From Octopus bimaculoides (taxonomy: Eukaryota): a DNA stretch of 64,000 bases. The notes beneath the pieces are model-generated. The model was not told the DNA's origin and did not search any database. It worked only from the letters and a program-made list of their open reading frames with translations. The translations under genes were made by a program, and so were the position numbers. The stretch spans positions 54,364,382-54,428,381 of the forward strand of contig NC_068983.1 of the NCBI RefSeq assembly GCF_001194135.2, written 5' to 3'. Below, one piece after another: positions 53,483 to 64,000 of this stretch; positions within the stretch are counted from its first letter, which is position 1; each line of letters begins with the position of its first letter.

Positions 53483-54588
53483 ATATATATATATATATAT
53501 ATATATGTATAATGGAATCTCCCATCGAAGGTGACAAAAAAAAAATCCAACCAGGACACAAATCCAACCAAGATACACAAAAAAAGACCCAACCAGGAAT
53601 CATATATATAGTTTTCTATAATGAGATTGCAAATTTTATCGTGTCAGAAACTAACAATCATTATGGTTCTTGTACTTATATATAAAAGTGAAAGTATAAA
53701 AATTACCCTTAGAAAAAGAAAAAAATTGTTTTTTTTATTGTTTTGTTTGTTTGGTTGTTGTTGATGTTTTTTGTCCATTTGGCACATACAACCCTTTCAT
53801 GCTACCCTTTCCTGCCATTTAAAGGTTAAGAAGATTGCTTCCCAATCAAGTAGTTTGGGGTTCAGTCCCACTACATGGCACCTAGGACAAATGTCATACT
53901 ATAACCCTGGGTCAACCAAAGCTTTGTGAGTAGATTTGGTAGAGAAAAATTGATCATCAAAGATGCTCATCATGTGTGTGTGTGTGTGTGTGTGTGAGAA
54001 AGAGAGAGAGATTGTATTTTCCTTATGTTTGATGGTTTGTAAACAATGGCATCCTCAGAGTCATTTGTAGTCCACCACAAAAGCATGTACTTGCAAGCAA
54101 GACTTACAAGGGGTTTTCACAGGGCTGCTCTTCTTGAGACCCCAAAGCAGTCTTGTTCTGTCAAACTATATTGCTCCAAAAATCCTGCATGAAAATGCAG
54201 TAGTGAGTATGTGGAGCACTCAGCCACTTGCACATTAATTTCATGAGCAGGCTATTTGATTGATTGGATCAACTGGAACCCCCGTTGTCATAAATGACTG
54301 AGTGCCAGTTCTTGCTAGGGAGGATGCCCGTTTGACTTGGTATACTTATATTCTTTTATGTGCTTCAGTCCCAAAACTGTGGCCATGCTGGGGCACCACC
54401 AGAGTACATTTCATTGTTTGTTGTCCGCTGGGTTGGATAGTTTAGTAAATGTAGAAGTAAAGACATGTTTAGAAGCCAGATGAAGTTTTAACTGATCTGC
54501 ACAAGTATTAAGTATTTGCACCAATTTTCAGCTTAGCTCACCCAACCAAAACAAGAGGAATAATCTACTTTGCCTCAGACATTATGTT

Positions 54589-54655
<67 letters not shown>

Positions 54656-54850
54656 GCGCGTGTGTGTGCGTGTGTGTGTGTGTGTGTGTGCATGCACTCA
54701 ACAGCCTACTGGTTTTAAACATTCCTCATTAAAACAAGCCATCTATCAATCTATCTAAAGAGATACATACATGCATACATGTATATACACACATGCTCAT
54801 AGATATTCACACGTACATAAATGTATTGTAGAAGTACATATATATATATA

Positions 54851-55200
54851 TTCTTTTACTTGTTTCAGTCATTTTAACTGGCCATGCTGGAGCACTGCCT
54901 TTAGTCGAGAAAATCGATCCCAGGACTTATTCTTTGTAAGCCTAGTACTTATTCTATCAATTTTGTTTGCTGAACTGCCAAGTTACGGGGATGTAAACAT
55001 ACCAGCATCAGTTGTCACACACACATACACACACATATATATATATACAACAGGCTTCTTTCAGTTTCCATCTATCAAATCCACTCACAAGACTTTGGTT
55101 GGCCTGAGGCTAAAGTAGAAGATACTTGCCCAAGGTGCCACACAGTGAGATGAACCCAGAGCCATGTGGTTGGTAAGCAAGCTACTTACCTCACATCCAC
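54851..55200 (-). mobile_element. Full SINE (main family)
   Basis: Reverse complement of 39150-39591. Confidence 0.85.
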
Positions 55201-55294
55201 TCATATACACATACATATCTAGATACACACACACATGTATTTATACATATGCACACATATATTATATATATATATTATATATAAAAATACACAC

Positions 55295-55352
<58 letters not shown>

Positions 55353-56307
55353 NNNNNNNNNNNNNNNNNNNNNNNNNNNNNNNNNNNNNNNNNNNNNNNN
55401 NNNNNNNNNNNNNNNNNNNNNNNNNNNNNNNNNNNNNNNNNNNNNNNNNNNNNNNNNNNNNNNNNNNNNNNNNNNNNNNNNNNNNNNNNNNNNNNNNNNN
55501 NNNNNNNNNNNNNNNNNNNNNNNNNNNNNNNNNNNNNNNNNNNNNNNNNNNNNNNNNNNNNNNNNNNNNNNNNNNNNNNNNNNNNNNNNNNNNNNNNNNN
55601 NNNNNNNNNNNNNNNNNNNNNNNNNNNNNNNNNNNNNNNNNNNNNNNNNNNNNNNNNNNNNNNNNNNNNNNNNNNNNNNNNNNNNNNNNNNNNNNNNNNN
55701 NNNNNNNNNNNNNNNNNNNNNNNNNNNNNNNNNNNNNNNNNNNNNNNNNNNNNNNNNNNNNNNNNNNNNNNNNNNNNNNNNNNNNNNNNNNNNNNNNNNN
55801 NNNNNNNNNNNNNNNNNNNNNNNNNNNNNNNNNNNNNNNNNNNNNNNNNNNNNNNNNNNNNNNNNNNNNNNNNNNNNNNNNNNNNNNNNNNNNNNNNNNN
55901 NNNNNNNNNNNNNNNNNNNNNNNNNNNNNNNNNNNNNNNNNNNNNNNNNNNNNNNNNNNNNNNNNNNNNNNNNNNNNNNNNNNNNNNNNNNNNNNNNNNN
56001 NNNNNNNNNNNNNNNNNNNNNNNNNNNNNNNNNNNNNNNNNNNNNNNNNNNNNNNNNNNNNNNNNNNNNNNNNNNNNNNNNNNNNNNNNNNNNNNNNNNN
56101 NNNNNNNNNNNNNNNNNNNNNNNNNNNNNNNNNNNNNNNNNNNNNNNNNNNNNNNNNNNNNNNNNNNNNNNNNNNNNNNNNNNNNNNNNNNNNNNNNNNN
56201 NNNNNNNNNNNNNNNNNNNNNNNNNNNNNNNNNNNNNNNNNNNNNNNNNNNNNNNNNNNNNNNNNNNNNNNNNNNNNNNNNNNNNNNNNNNNNNNNNNNN
56301 NNNNNNN

Positions 56308-56589
56308 GCACAAGAGCCAGTCCAGGCGCCCTGGCAACGATCTCACTTGGCTTGCCGGGTCTTCTCACGCACAGCACATTTCCAAAGGTCTCGGTCAGTA
56401 GTCATCGCCTCGGTGAGGCCCAATGTTCGAAGGTCTTGCCTCACCACCTCAGCCCAGGTCTTCTTGGGCCTACCTCTTCCACGGGTTCCCTCAACTGTTA
56501 GGGAGTGGCACTTTTTCACGCAGCTATCCTCATTCATTCTCACCACATGTCCAAACCAGCGCAATCGTCTCTCTTGCACACCACTACTG
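56308..56589 (-). mobile_element. RTE-clade LINE ORF2 C-terminus plus start of 3'UTR (5'-truncated)
   Basis: VQERRLRWFGHVVRMNEDSCVKKCHSLTVEGTRGRGRPKKTWAEVVRQDLRTLGLTEAMTTDRDLWKCAVREKTRQAK*, with RTE motifs RLRWFGH, RGRP..TW and DR..W. Confidence 0.9.
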
Positions 56590-56864
56590 ACATATATATA
56601 TAGATATATATATACACGCACACACACACACACACACAAACATATATATGTATGTGCTTAGACACAAAATTATACATACCTCTCCATGCTCTCTCTATAC
56701 ACATTCACATACATACACACACACACACAAGTATATGTACATGGACATATCTTTTTTTAATCTTTTCTTTTGCTTGTTTCAGTCATGAGACTTCAACCAT
56801 GCTGGAGCACTGCCTCAAAGAATCTACCCCAGTACTTTTTTTCTGTTCTTTTTAAGTCTAGTAC

Positions 56865-56967
56865 TTCAGTTCCATCATGTGGCAACTTGGGTAAGTGTCT
56901 TCTAGTATAGCCTCAGGCTGACCAAAGCATTACGAGTAGATTTGGTAAATGGAAACTGAAAGAAGCC

Positions 56968-57051
<84 letters not shown>

Positions 57052-57385
57052 TAACTGGTGTTGGTGTATTTATGTCTTTGTAACTTAGCAGTTCAGCAAG
57101 AGAATCCAATAGAGTAAGTACTAGGCTTTAAAGAAAAAAAAAAATTCTGGGGCTCAATTCTTTTGATTAAATTTCTTCAAGGCAGTGCCCCAGCATGGTC
57201 ACAGTCTAATAACTGAAACAAGTAAAGAGATTTAAAAAAATAAAAATGCACATATGACACACTTCTGTCAGTTATTTTCTGCCTACCAAATCCACTCACA
57301 AGACACTCATCCAAAGCACCACACAATGGGATTGAACCTGAAACCATGTGGTTGGTAGGCAAACTTCTTACTCCACAGTCATGCC
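56865..57385. mobile_element. SINE (+) followed by inverted SINE head (-)
   Basis: + copy about 56865-57232, - head about 57270-57385. Confidence 0.75.
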
Positions 57386-57847
57386 TCTGTGCGTGTGTGT
57401 GTGTGTGTATGTGTGTGTGCGCGTGCATGCGTGTGTGTGCATGCGTGTATGTATGTGTGTGCAGACAATCTGTTTTGAGATTCCTATGGAAAACCTAAAC
57501 ATGTATTGCATTGCTATGAATTCTATTGCTTGTATCTTCACACTTGATCAAAAGTAGCAGTGGCATCTTCACTTCACCAGATTACTTAGAATGAAACTAA
57601 AGTTCAAGAAGCACATTGCTTTGAGATAATGGATAATAAGTTTAAATGGAATCGCAGGTGGCATTAGACCGACTCGAGGCAGAGAACTACAGCAATGTTT
57701 TTGAAGTATAGAAGACATGTTAAGAAACACGAAGTACATTCTGAAGACGACTATTTTGATGGGAATGGTGCTTAAATGTAAATAATATGAATTACATTAT
57801 TTAACAAAACGCTTGTGGGGTTTTATTTGTTTTTGTTTATTATTTAG

Positions 57848-57927
57848 GTTTGGTCCAGATAGAAGAGGTTCCGGAGAGATGCTGGAGGATACAGCAACCC
57901 AAATACATTGTAACTATAGCAACCAGG
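57848..57927 (+). CDS. Candidate 80-nt exon, product unknown
   Basis: U-rich acceptor ttttatttgtttttgtttattatttag, donor AGG|GTGAGG, two open frames (LVQIEEVPERCWRIQQPKYIVTIATR or FGPDRRGSGEMLEDTATQIHCNYSNQ). No homology recognised. Confidence 0.3.
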
Positions 57928-58015
57928 GTGAGGGCACTGGTTCAATCCATATATATATCAGTGTTTACATAATGAAAATTTCTCATCCCTGAAATTCAAA
58001 TCAAAAGGTTATATA

Positions 58016-58718
58016 CAGGGTGGCCATAAAGTCACGCACCATTCAGCAATATGTGAAATTGCTAACATTCTCTTTTCTTTATTTCTTTTCACAACTGCTG
58101 ATATTACTCACAAATCAATCCTCATTGGATGGAGGCAGATAATCAACAAGACGGGGGTAAGGTAATGGTGTGGTGTGGGATTTGGCACAATCAAGTAATT
58201 GGACCATTTTATTTTGAGCACTCTGTGACAGGTGATCCGTACCTAGACATGCTTTCCAACAAGATGATGCTTCATGTGCATTCACTTGGAAGAGGAAATC
58301 CTGTCTGGTTTCAGCAGGATGGGGCTCCACTCCATTATGCCTTACAGGTTCATGATTTTCTGAATGACCATTTTCCAGGGAGATGGCTCAGGCAACATGG
58401 GCCAATTAAATGGGCACCACAGTCACTAGATTTAACTCCCATGAACTTTTTTTTCTGAAGCTACATTATATCCCTTGTGTATTCTGAAAAGATTCATGAC
58501 CAAGGACATTTTTATTCACAGAATTGTTGAAGCATGTGAACAAGTCAACAGCAACGAAGAGTTATTTGACTGGGTTCATACAGAATTTCAAATTCTGTAT
58601 GAACACTTGTTTACAGCTACATGGCCATCACTTTGAACATCTGCAATGGATTACCTACTTCAATGCTAATAAAGCATACTCGATATCTTTCATGGTGCAT
58701 GACTTTGTGGCCACTCTG
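58016..58718 (+). mobile_element. Internally deleted Tc1/mariner element, DD41D (rosa/Visitor-type) transposase pseudogene
   Basis: TA TSDs. 27-bp TIRs with 3 mismatches. KVMVWCGI, WFQQDGAP, WAPQSLDLTPMNFF and HFEHL motifs. 41 residues lie between the second D and the position of the third (now N). Premature stop at 58456. Confidence 0.9.
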
Positions 58719-58869
58719 TATGTCCACTAAACTGGCAAAATGATTAATTCTGCAATGGACTAGCGTCCTATCCAGGGAGGGTAATATATACACCACATAA
58801 TCAGAATCTGGGAAACTGGCCTTATGAACCTATGGGTTGGAGAGGATCTTTGATCCCTTATATAATATA

Positions 58870-59070
58870 TATAGGGAGAATTCACAAAAAAAAACCCAAA
58901 AGACAAAGACAGGTGGTGTAGAAAACAAATAGATGTATTAGTATAATGCTCAGGAAGTGAAAAAGTCTTTAACATTTTGAGCCTACGCTCTTCCACAGAA
59001 AGGAACACAAAAAGAAACAATGAGAGAAACACGGAGAGAAAAAAAAGAATGTGTAGTGGCTAGCGATCTA
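58870..59070 (-). mobile_element. Putative Penelope-like terminal repeat
   Basis: Minus strand gaagagcgtaggctcaaaatgttaaagac with a GAGC/GCTC hairpin. Family assignment is from recollection of similar repeats. Confidence 0.4.
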
Positions 59071-59527
59071 TATATACATACATATATCATCAATATCATT
59101 GTTTTAATGATTACTTCTCCATGTCTGCATGGATCAGATAGGATTCCTTAAGACAGATATTCTATAATTAGATGGTCTTCCTGCTACTAACCCTCACTTG
59201 TTTCTAACTAAGGTAGTATTTGCCCTTGGCTGGACATGGTTTCACAAAAGATTGGAAATGAACAACACTGCCTGTATGACAATGACACTCGTTTACAACT
59301 CTCACATGATGCCAAAACAGAGAAACAGAAACACACACACACACACACAAACACGATTATATAAATATTTTGTGCTTCTGTCAATTTTTATACCTAGTAA
59401 ACCTACTCACAAACATTAGATCGGCTCAGGGCTATATTTGAAAATACTGGCTAAAAACACATGGATGGAAAACAAAGTTGTTAACCACACAGGCAAGCCT
59501 TCCCTATGTATGTATGTATCTATCTAT

Positions 59528-59571
<44 letters not shown>

Positions 59572-59572
59572 C

Positions 59573-59760
59573 ATCAAAATAAGCAACAAGGATATCCAGA
59601 GGTAACGTAGTACAATCGATTAATTAAATTGTACGTCTTTGTGCAGCTGAGGATTGCTCTGCATTTAAATTGATGTAATGGTTACATTGTTCAATCAAAT
59701 GGAGTTGCATGAAACGATTGTACAGCATTACCTCTGGATATCCTTGTTGCTTATTTTGAT
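59573..59760. mobile_element. 188-bp MITE-like element with 46-bp TIRs
   Basis: 59573-59618 versus 59715-59760, 43/46 matched. Interior also folds. Confidence 0.8.
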
Positions 59761-59966
59761 TCTAATCACCTTATTTTGAAATTGTATGGATAAAAAAAAA
59801 AAAAAAANNNNNNNNNNNNNNNNNNNNNNNNNNNNNNNNNNNNNNNNNNNNNNNNNNNNNNNNNNNNNNNNNNNNNNNNNNNNNNNNNNNNNNNNNNNNN
59901 NNNNNNNNNNNNNNNNNNNNNNNNNNNNNNNNNNNNNNNNNNNNNNNNNNNNNNNNNNNNNNNNNN

Positions 59967-60000
<34 letters not shown>

Positions 60001-60001
60001 C

Positions 60002-60039
<38 letters not shown>

Positions 60040-60395
60040 GTGTAAGGAGAGAGAAAGAGATTGTTTGAAGTGGTGTACAAATTTTATATAAGAAAAAGAA
60101 GGTACTTTGGATAATTATTTATTTAGTTCATCTCATTTTGGAGATTCATCAGGAATGATATTTTTACAGAAAATTTATGCCTATTATATATATATAAGTT
60201 TGGACAAATCTAGAGTTGAATTGGGAAGAGAATGTTCTTTTGTTATTTGGAATCTATATGTGTATGTGTATATATATGTGTCTGTAAGTATATGTGGTGA
60301 ATTTTGGGAGGTTTGGTTAAGGGGATAAAAAATAAAAAAAATAAAGACAGGATGAAAGAAAAATGGAATGAAAGAAAGAAAAGAGTACACACACG

Positions 60396-60443
<48 letters not shown>

Positions 60444-60876
60444 CACACACAAAGTGCATAAAATATATATTGTACATATAAGTGTCAATGTATTAATGAT
60501 CTACAGTTAACAACTGTGTTAGGTTGATTCTTCCTGAGTATTACATTAAGGGTACACATGCCTGGAGAATATTCACCCATCTACATGCTAATCCAATGAG
60601 AAGGTGATTCAAACAACTGAATCTTCATCATCGAAACTATTGGAGATTCATTTTTTCGCACTTGTGCGTGCGTTGTTTTTGTTGTTGTGGTGGTTTAGGC
60701 CAGGTCAGCATTGACAGAGGGCGTCTATGAACAAAAGCATTTATCAACTTGTCTTATAAATACAGACATAGATAGATAGATAGATAGACAGACAGATAAA
60801 TAGTCAGACAGATAGACAGACAGACGGACAGACAGACAAGCAGTCAGTCAGACTGACTGATAGATAGATGATAGAC

Positions 60877-60948
<72 letters not shown>

Positions 60949-61861
60949 NNNNNNNNNNNNNNNNNNNNNNNNNNNNNNNNNNNNNNNNNNNNNNNNNNNN
61001 NNNNNNNNNNNNNNNNNNNNNNNNNNNNNNNNNNNNNNNNNNNNNNNNNNNNNNNNNNNNNNNNNNNNNNNNNNNNNNNNNNNNNNNNNNNNNNNNNNNN
61101 NNNNNNNNNNNNNNNNNNNNNNNNNNNNNNNNNNNNNNNNNNNNNNNNNNNNNNNNNNNNNNNNNNNNNNNNNNNNNNNNNNNNNNNNNNNNNNNNNNNN
61201 NNNNNNNNNNNNNNNNNNNNNNNNNNNNNNNNNNNNNNNNNNNNNNNNNNNNNNNNNNNNNNNNNNNNNNNNNNNNNNNNNNNNNNNNNNNNNNNNNNNN
61301 NNNNNNNNNNNNNNNNNNNNNNNNNNNNNNNNNNNNNNNNNNNNNNNNNNNNNNNNNNNNNNNNNNNNNNNNNNNNNNNNNNNNNNNNNNNNNNNNNNNN
61401 NNNNNNNNNNNNNNNNNNNNNNNNNNNNNNNNNNNNNNNNNNNNNNNNNNNNNNNNNNNNNNNNNNNNNNNNNNNNNNNNNNNNNNNNNNNNNNNNNNNN
61501 NNNNNNNNNNNNNNNNNNNNNNNNNNNNNNNNNNNNNNNNNNNNNNNNNNNNNNNNNNNNNNNNNNNNNNNNNNNNNNNNNNNNNNNNNNNNNNNNNNNN
61601 NNNNNNNNNNNNNNNNNNNNNNNNNNNNNNNNNNNNNNNNNNNNNNNNNNNNNNNNNNNNNNNNNNNNNNNNNNNNNNNNNNNNNNNNNNNNNNNNNNNN
61701 NNNNNNNNNNNNNNNNNNNNNNNNNNNNNNNNNNNNNNNNNNNNNNNNNNNNNNNNNNNNNNNNNNNNNNNNNNNNNNNNNNNNNNNNNNNNNNNNNNNN
61801 NNNNNNNNNNNNNNNNNNNNNNNNNNNNNNNNNNNNNNNNNNNNNNNNNNNNNNNNNNNNN

Positions 61862-61968
<107 letters not shown>

Positions 61969-62285
61969 ATGAAACTGTCCTATGTGTCAAAGATTACATT
62001 GTGAAATGTGTTCTGCCCTTTGTAATGCACTAAGGTGTGATTTGGAAGCAATATGGCTACTATTTCTACTTGGTTGAGTGACCTATATATTTAAACTATT
62101 TTACTGGTTTAAGCCATTGGATTGTAGCCAAGCTAGGGTACCACCTTTGAGGATATAGTCAATCAAATTAACCCCACCATTTTAAAGTCTGGTATTTATT
62201 TTAACTCTATTTCTCCAACCACTAAGTTATGGGATTTATAAACAAACAAAGGACACACACACACACATGATGTGTTTATACAGAG

Positions 62286-62864
62286 CAGTGGGTCAACCAT
62301 TTTTGATTCCTATTTTGTTCAGATCAACCCTCAGAACCATTAAATATTTAAAAAACTTATATTAAATTTTCATAATCAAATATTATTAGGAACTGTATAA
62401 AGCAAATCGTTAAAGTATATATATATATATATATATATATAGGTCACTCAACCAAGTAGAAACAGATGCCATATCTCTTCAAAATCACACCCTTACAAAG
62501 GGTAGGACATTTCACAATGTAATCTTTGACACATAGGACAGTTTCNNNNNNNNNNCAACAACTGTATATTTTAATTAACATACACACACAAGCATGTATG
62601 TATACATATGTGTGTGTATATGTCTATCTATTTATTTATCTATCTATCTATTGTCCATCTGTCTATCTATCTATTTGTCCGGCTGTCTGTCTGTCTATGT
62701 CTGTGTGTATAAGACAAGTTGATAAGTTGATTAGGCTGGAATGCTTTTGTTCATAGATGCCCTCTCTCAGTGCTGTCAATAACCAATTTATTGCAGATAA
62801 ATTTCAATAATATAATCTTACATGGACTCCTAAGGGTCAAATACACCTTGGTTGAGAACCATTG
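62286..62864. mobile_element. hAT (Charlie-like) MITE with internal insertions
   Basis: cagtgggtcaacc ... ggttgagaaccattg, a degenerate CAGTGGTTCTCAACC TIR. 8-bp TSD not recognisable. Confidence 0.55.
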
Positions 62865-63459
62865 GTGAACAGTTTCCATTTACCAGTCGCTGGGAGGAGC
62901 TGAGATTGTAGAAGAAGCCCAAAGAACCATGCACTGTGACTGACCCCAAAGACCTCACGATTATGAAAAGCAAATTTAACTACACGGCTATGTCTGTGTT
63001 TATATATATATGTATTATTTTGATATTTTTGGTTTAATTAAAGGAGAAAGGTTAATGAATCCGCCCATTTTACAAGAACTCTAAGAATGGTTGTGGAACC
63101 AGGTGAAAAAAAATATCACAACTTTTTAGTTGCTGTAACAGGGAGAAGTAAATCATGTGAAGTTATTTTCCAACCAGACACCTTGTACAATTACTTATAA
63201 CAGAGTGGAGTTCTCTTAGTGTACCCAAGGCCAAGATGCTGGTGGTGAATAAATCTGGCAAACAATGGATTATATCTACTAGCCACGGGCATCCTCACGA
63301 TTTCCATCTTCCTCATATTACTCGGAATTATACCTACAACCATGGATAAAGTGCACCCCGTCAGGCGGGCAACCACGTGATTTCCATCAACACAGTTTTA
63401 CTCAGAAAGCTTGTAATAATCCAAGTCTGTGCAAGAAAACAAAGACACTTGTCCAGGCA

Positions 63460-63635
63460 CAGTAGCGTAGCTAGAGGCAGACGAAGAGGACGGTCTCGCC
63501 CCGGACGATGTGGGCGGCACTAATGGGTTACGTGCTTGTATAAGCTTGTATAGGTTTGGGGATCCCGGAAGCAGGGAGGACGGCAAACTCAAGGGTTACT
63601 CCGGGTGCCACACACACTCCAGCTACACCACACAG
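63460..63635. mobile_element. GC-rich hAT-like MITE
   Basis: cagtagcgtagctag ... ccagctacaccacacag, flanked by tccaggca / cccaggga (6/8 match, possible 8-bp TSD). Confidence 0.45.
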
Positions 63636-63964
63636 CCCAGGGACTATGTACAGAGTCAAACCATTAAGGCAAGCCCTACGTAGTAGATCGAATTGCTAAA
63701 ATTAGCAGCTAAATCTCTTTCAAATCAAGTGTTATCATAAAATGAAAACCCACGTGGTCCTCGGTTCCTTTGCAAATAAGAAAAAGATGGAATGGTCACA
63801 TGCTTTTTATTTTATCTCTGCTCGAACCAACTACAATAACAATGCAACCATGCAGTGGAAACGGCACCAGTATCACATGAATGCAAACCACGCAGCCATG
63901 CATGCTGGGAGATGGAAGTGTTCGCATTACTTCTGCGTTTCTTCCCCCACACCATGCACTTCCT

Positions 63965-64000
63965 GCTGTTTTTTCACAAACCCTTGTCTGCCCTTTACAG
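63965..64000 (+). promoter_or_regulatory. Candidate 3' splice acceptor at the window end
   Basis: Pyrimidine tract ctgttttttcacaaacccttgtctgccctttacag ending in YAG at 64000. Confidence 0.55.

Noticed and set aside
54025-54065. Minus-strand CTGAGGATG...CATCAAAC hammerhead-like relic
   Set aside because: GAAA and cleavage site are not intact and stem I is unpaired. Too decayed to support.
59600-59725. Type III hammerhead reading (CTGAGGA ... GAAAC GATTGTAC)
   Set aside because: Position 16.1 is A rather than U, no G10.1-C11.1 pair, and stem I spacing is about 10 nt too long.
60520-60600. 81-nt open frame between AG and GT (LILPEYYIKGTHAWRIF...)
   Set aside because: Weak acceptor and donor, no recognisable product.

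Overview
Eukaryotic, AT-rich, repeat-saturated DNA with 14 assembly gaps (about 5.4 kb of N). The repeat families point to a coleoid cephalopod, most likely Octopus; this is recognised from repeat content and not confirmed by a search. They include tRNA/CORE-like SINEs with a central microsatellite, Deu/Nin-domain SINEs, RTE LINE tails ending in (ATG)n, TTAA MITEs and very dense (TA)n/(CA)n tracts. I find no intact protein-coding gene. Nearly all ORFs in the track are translated microsatellites or gaps. The recognisable coding relics are a DD41D (rosa-type) Tc1/mariner transposase, RTE ORF2 C-termini and a Penelope-like RT thumb fragment. The window ends exactly on a strong 3' splice acceptor (...ccctttacag at 64000), so much or all of it may be one large + strand intron. 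Most notable: a type I hammerhead ribozyme with an intact catalytic core and an unusually long, structured stem II (9644-9747). Also present are decayed hammerhead-like motifs, several long near-perfect hairpins that would form dsRNA, and a few candidate small exons.
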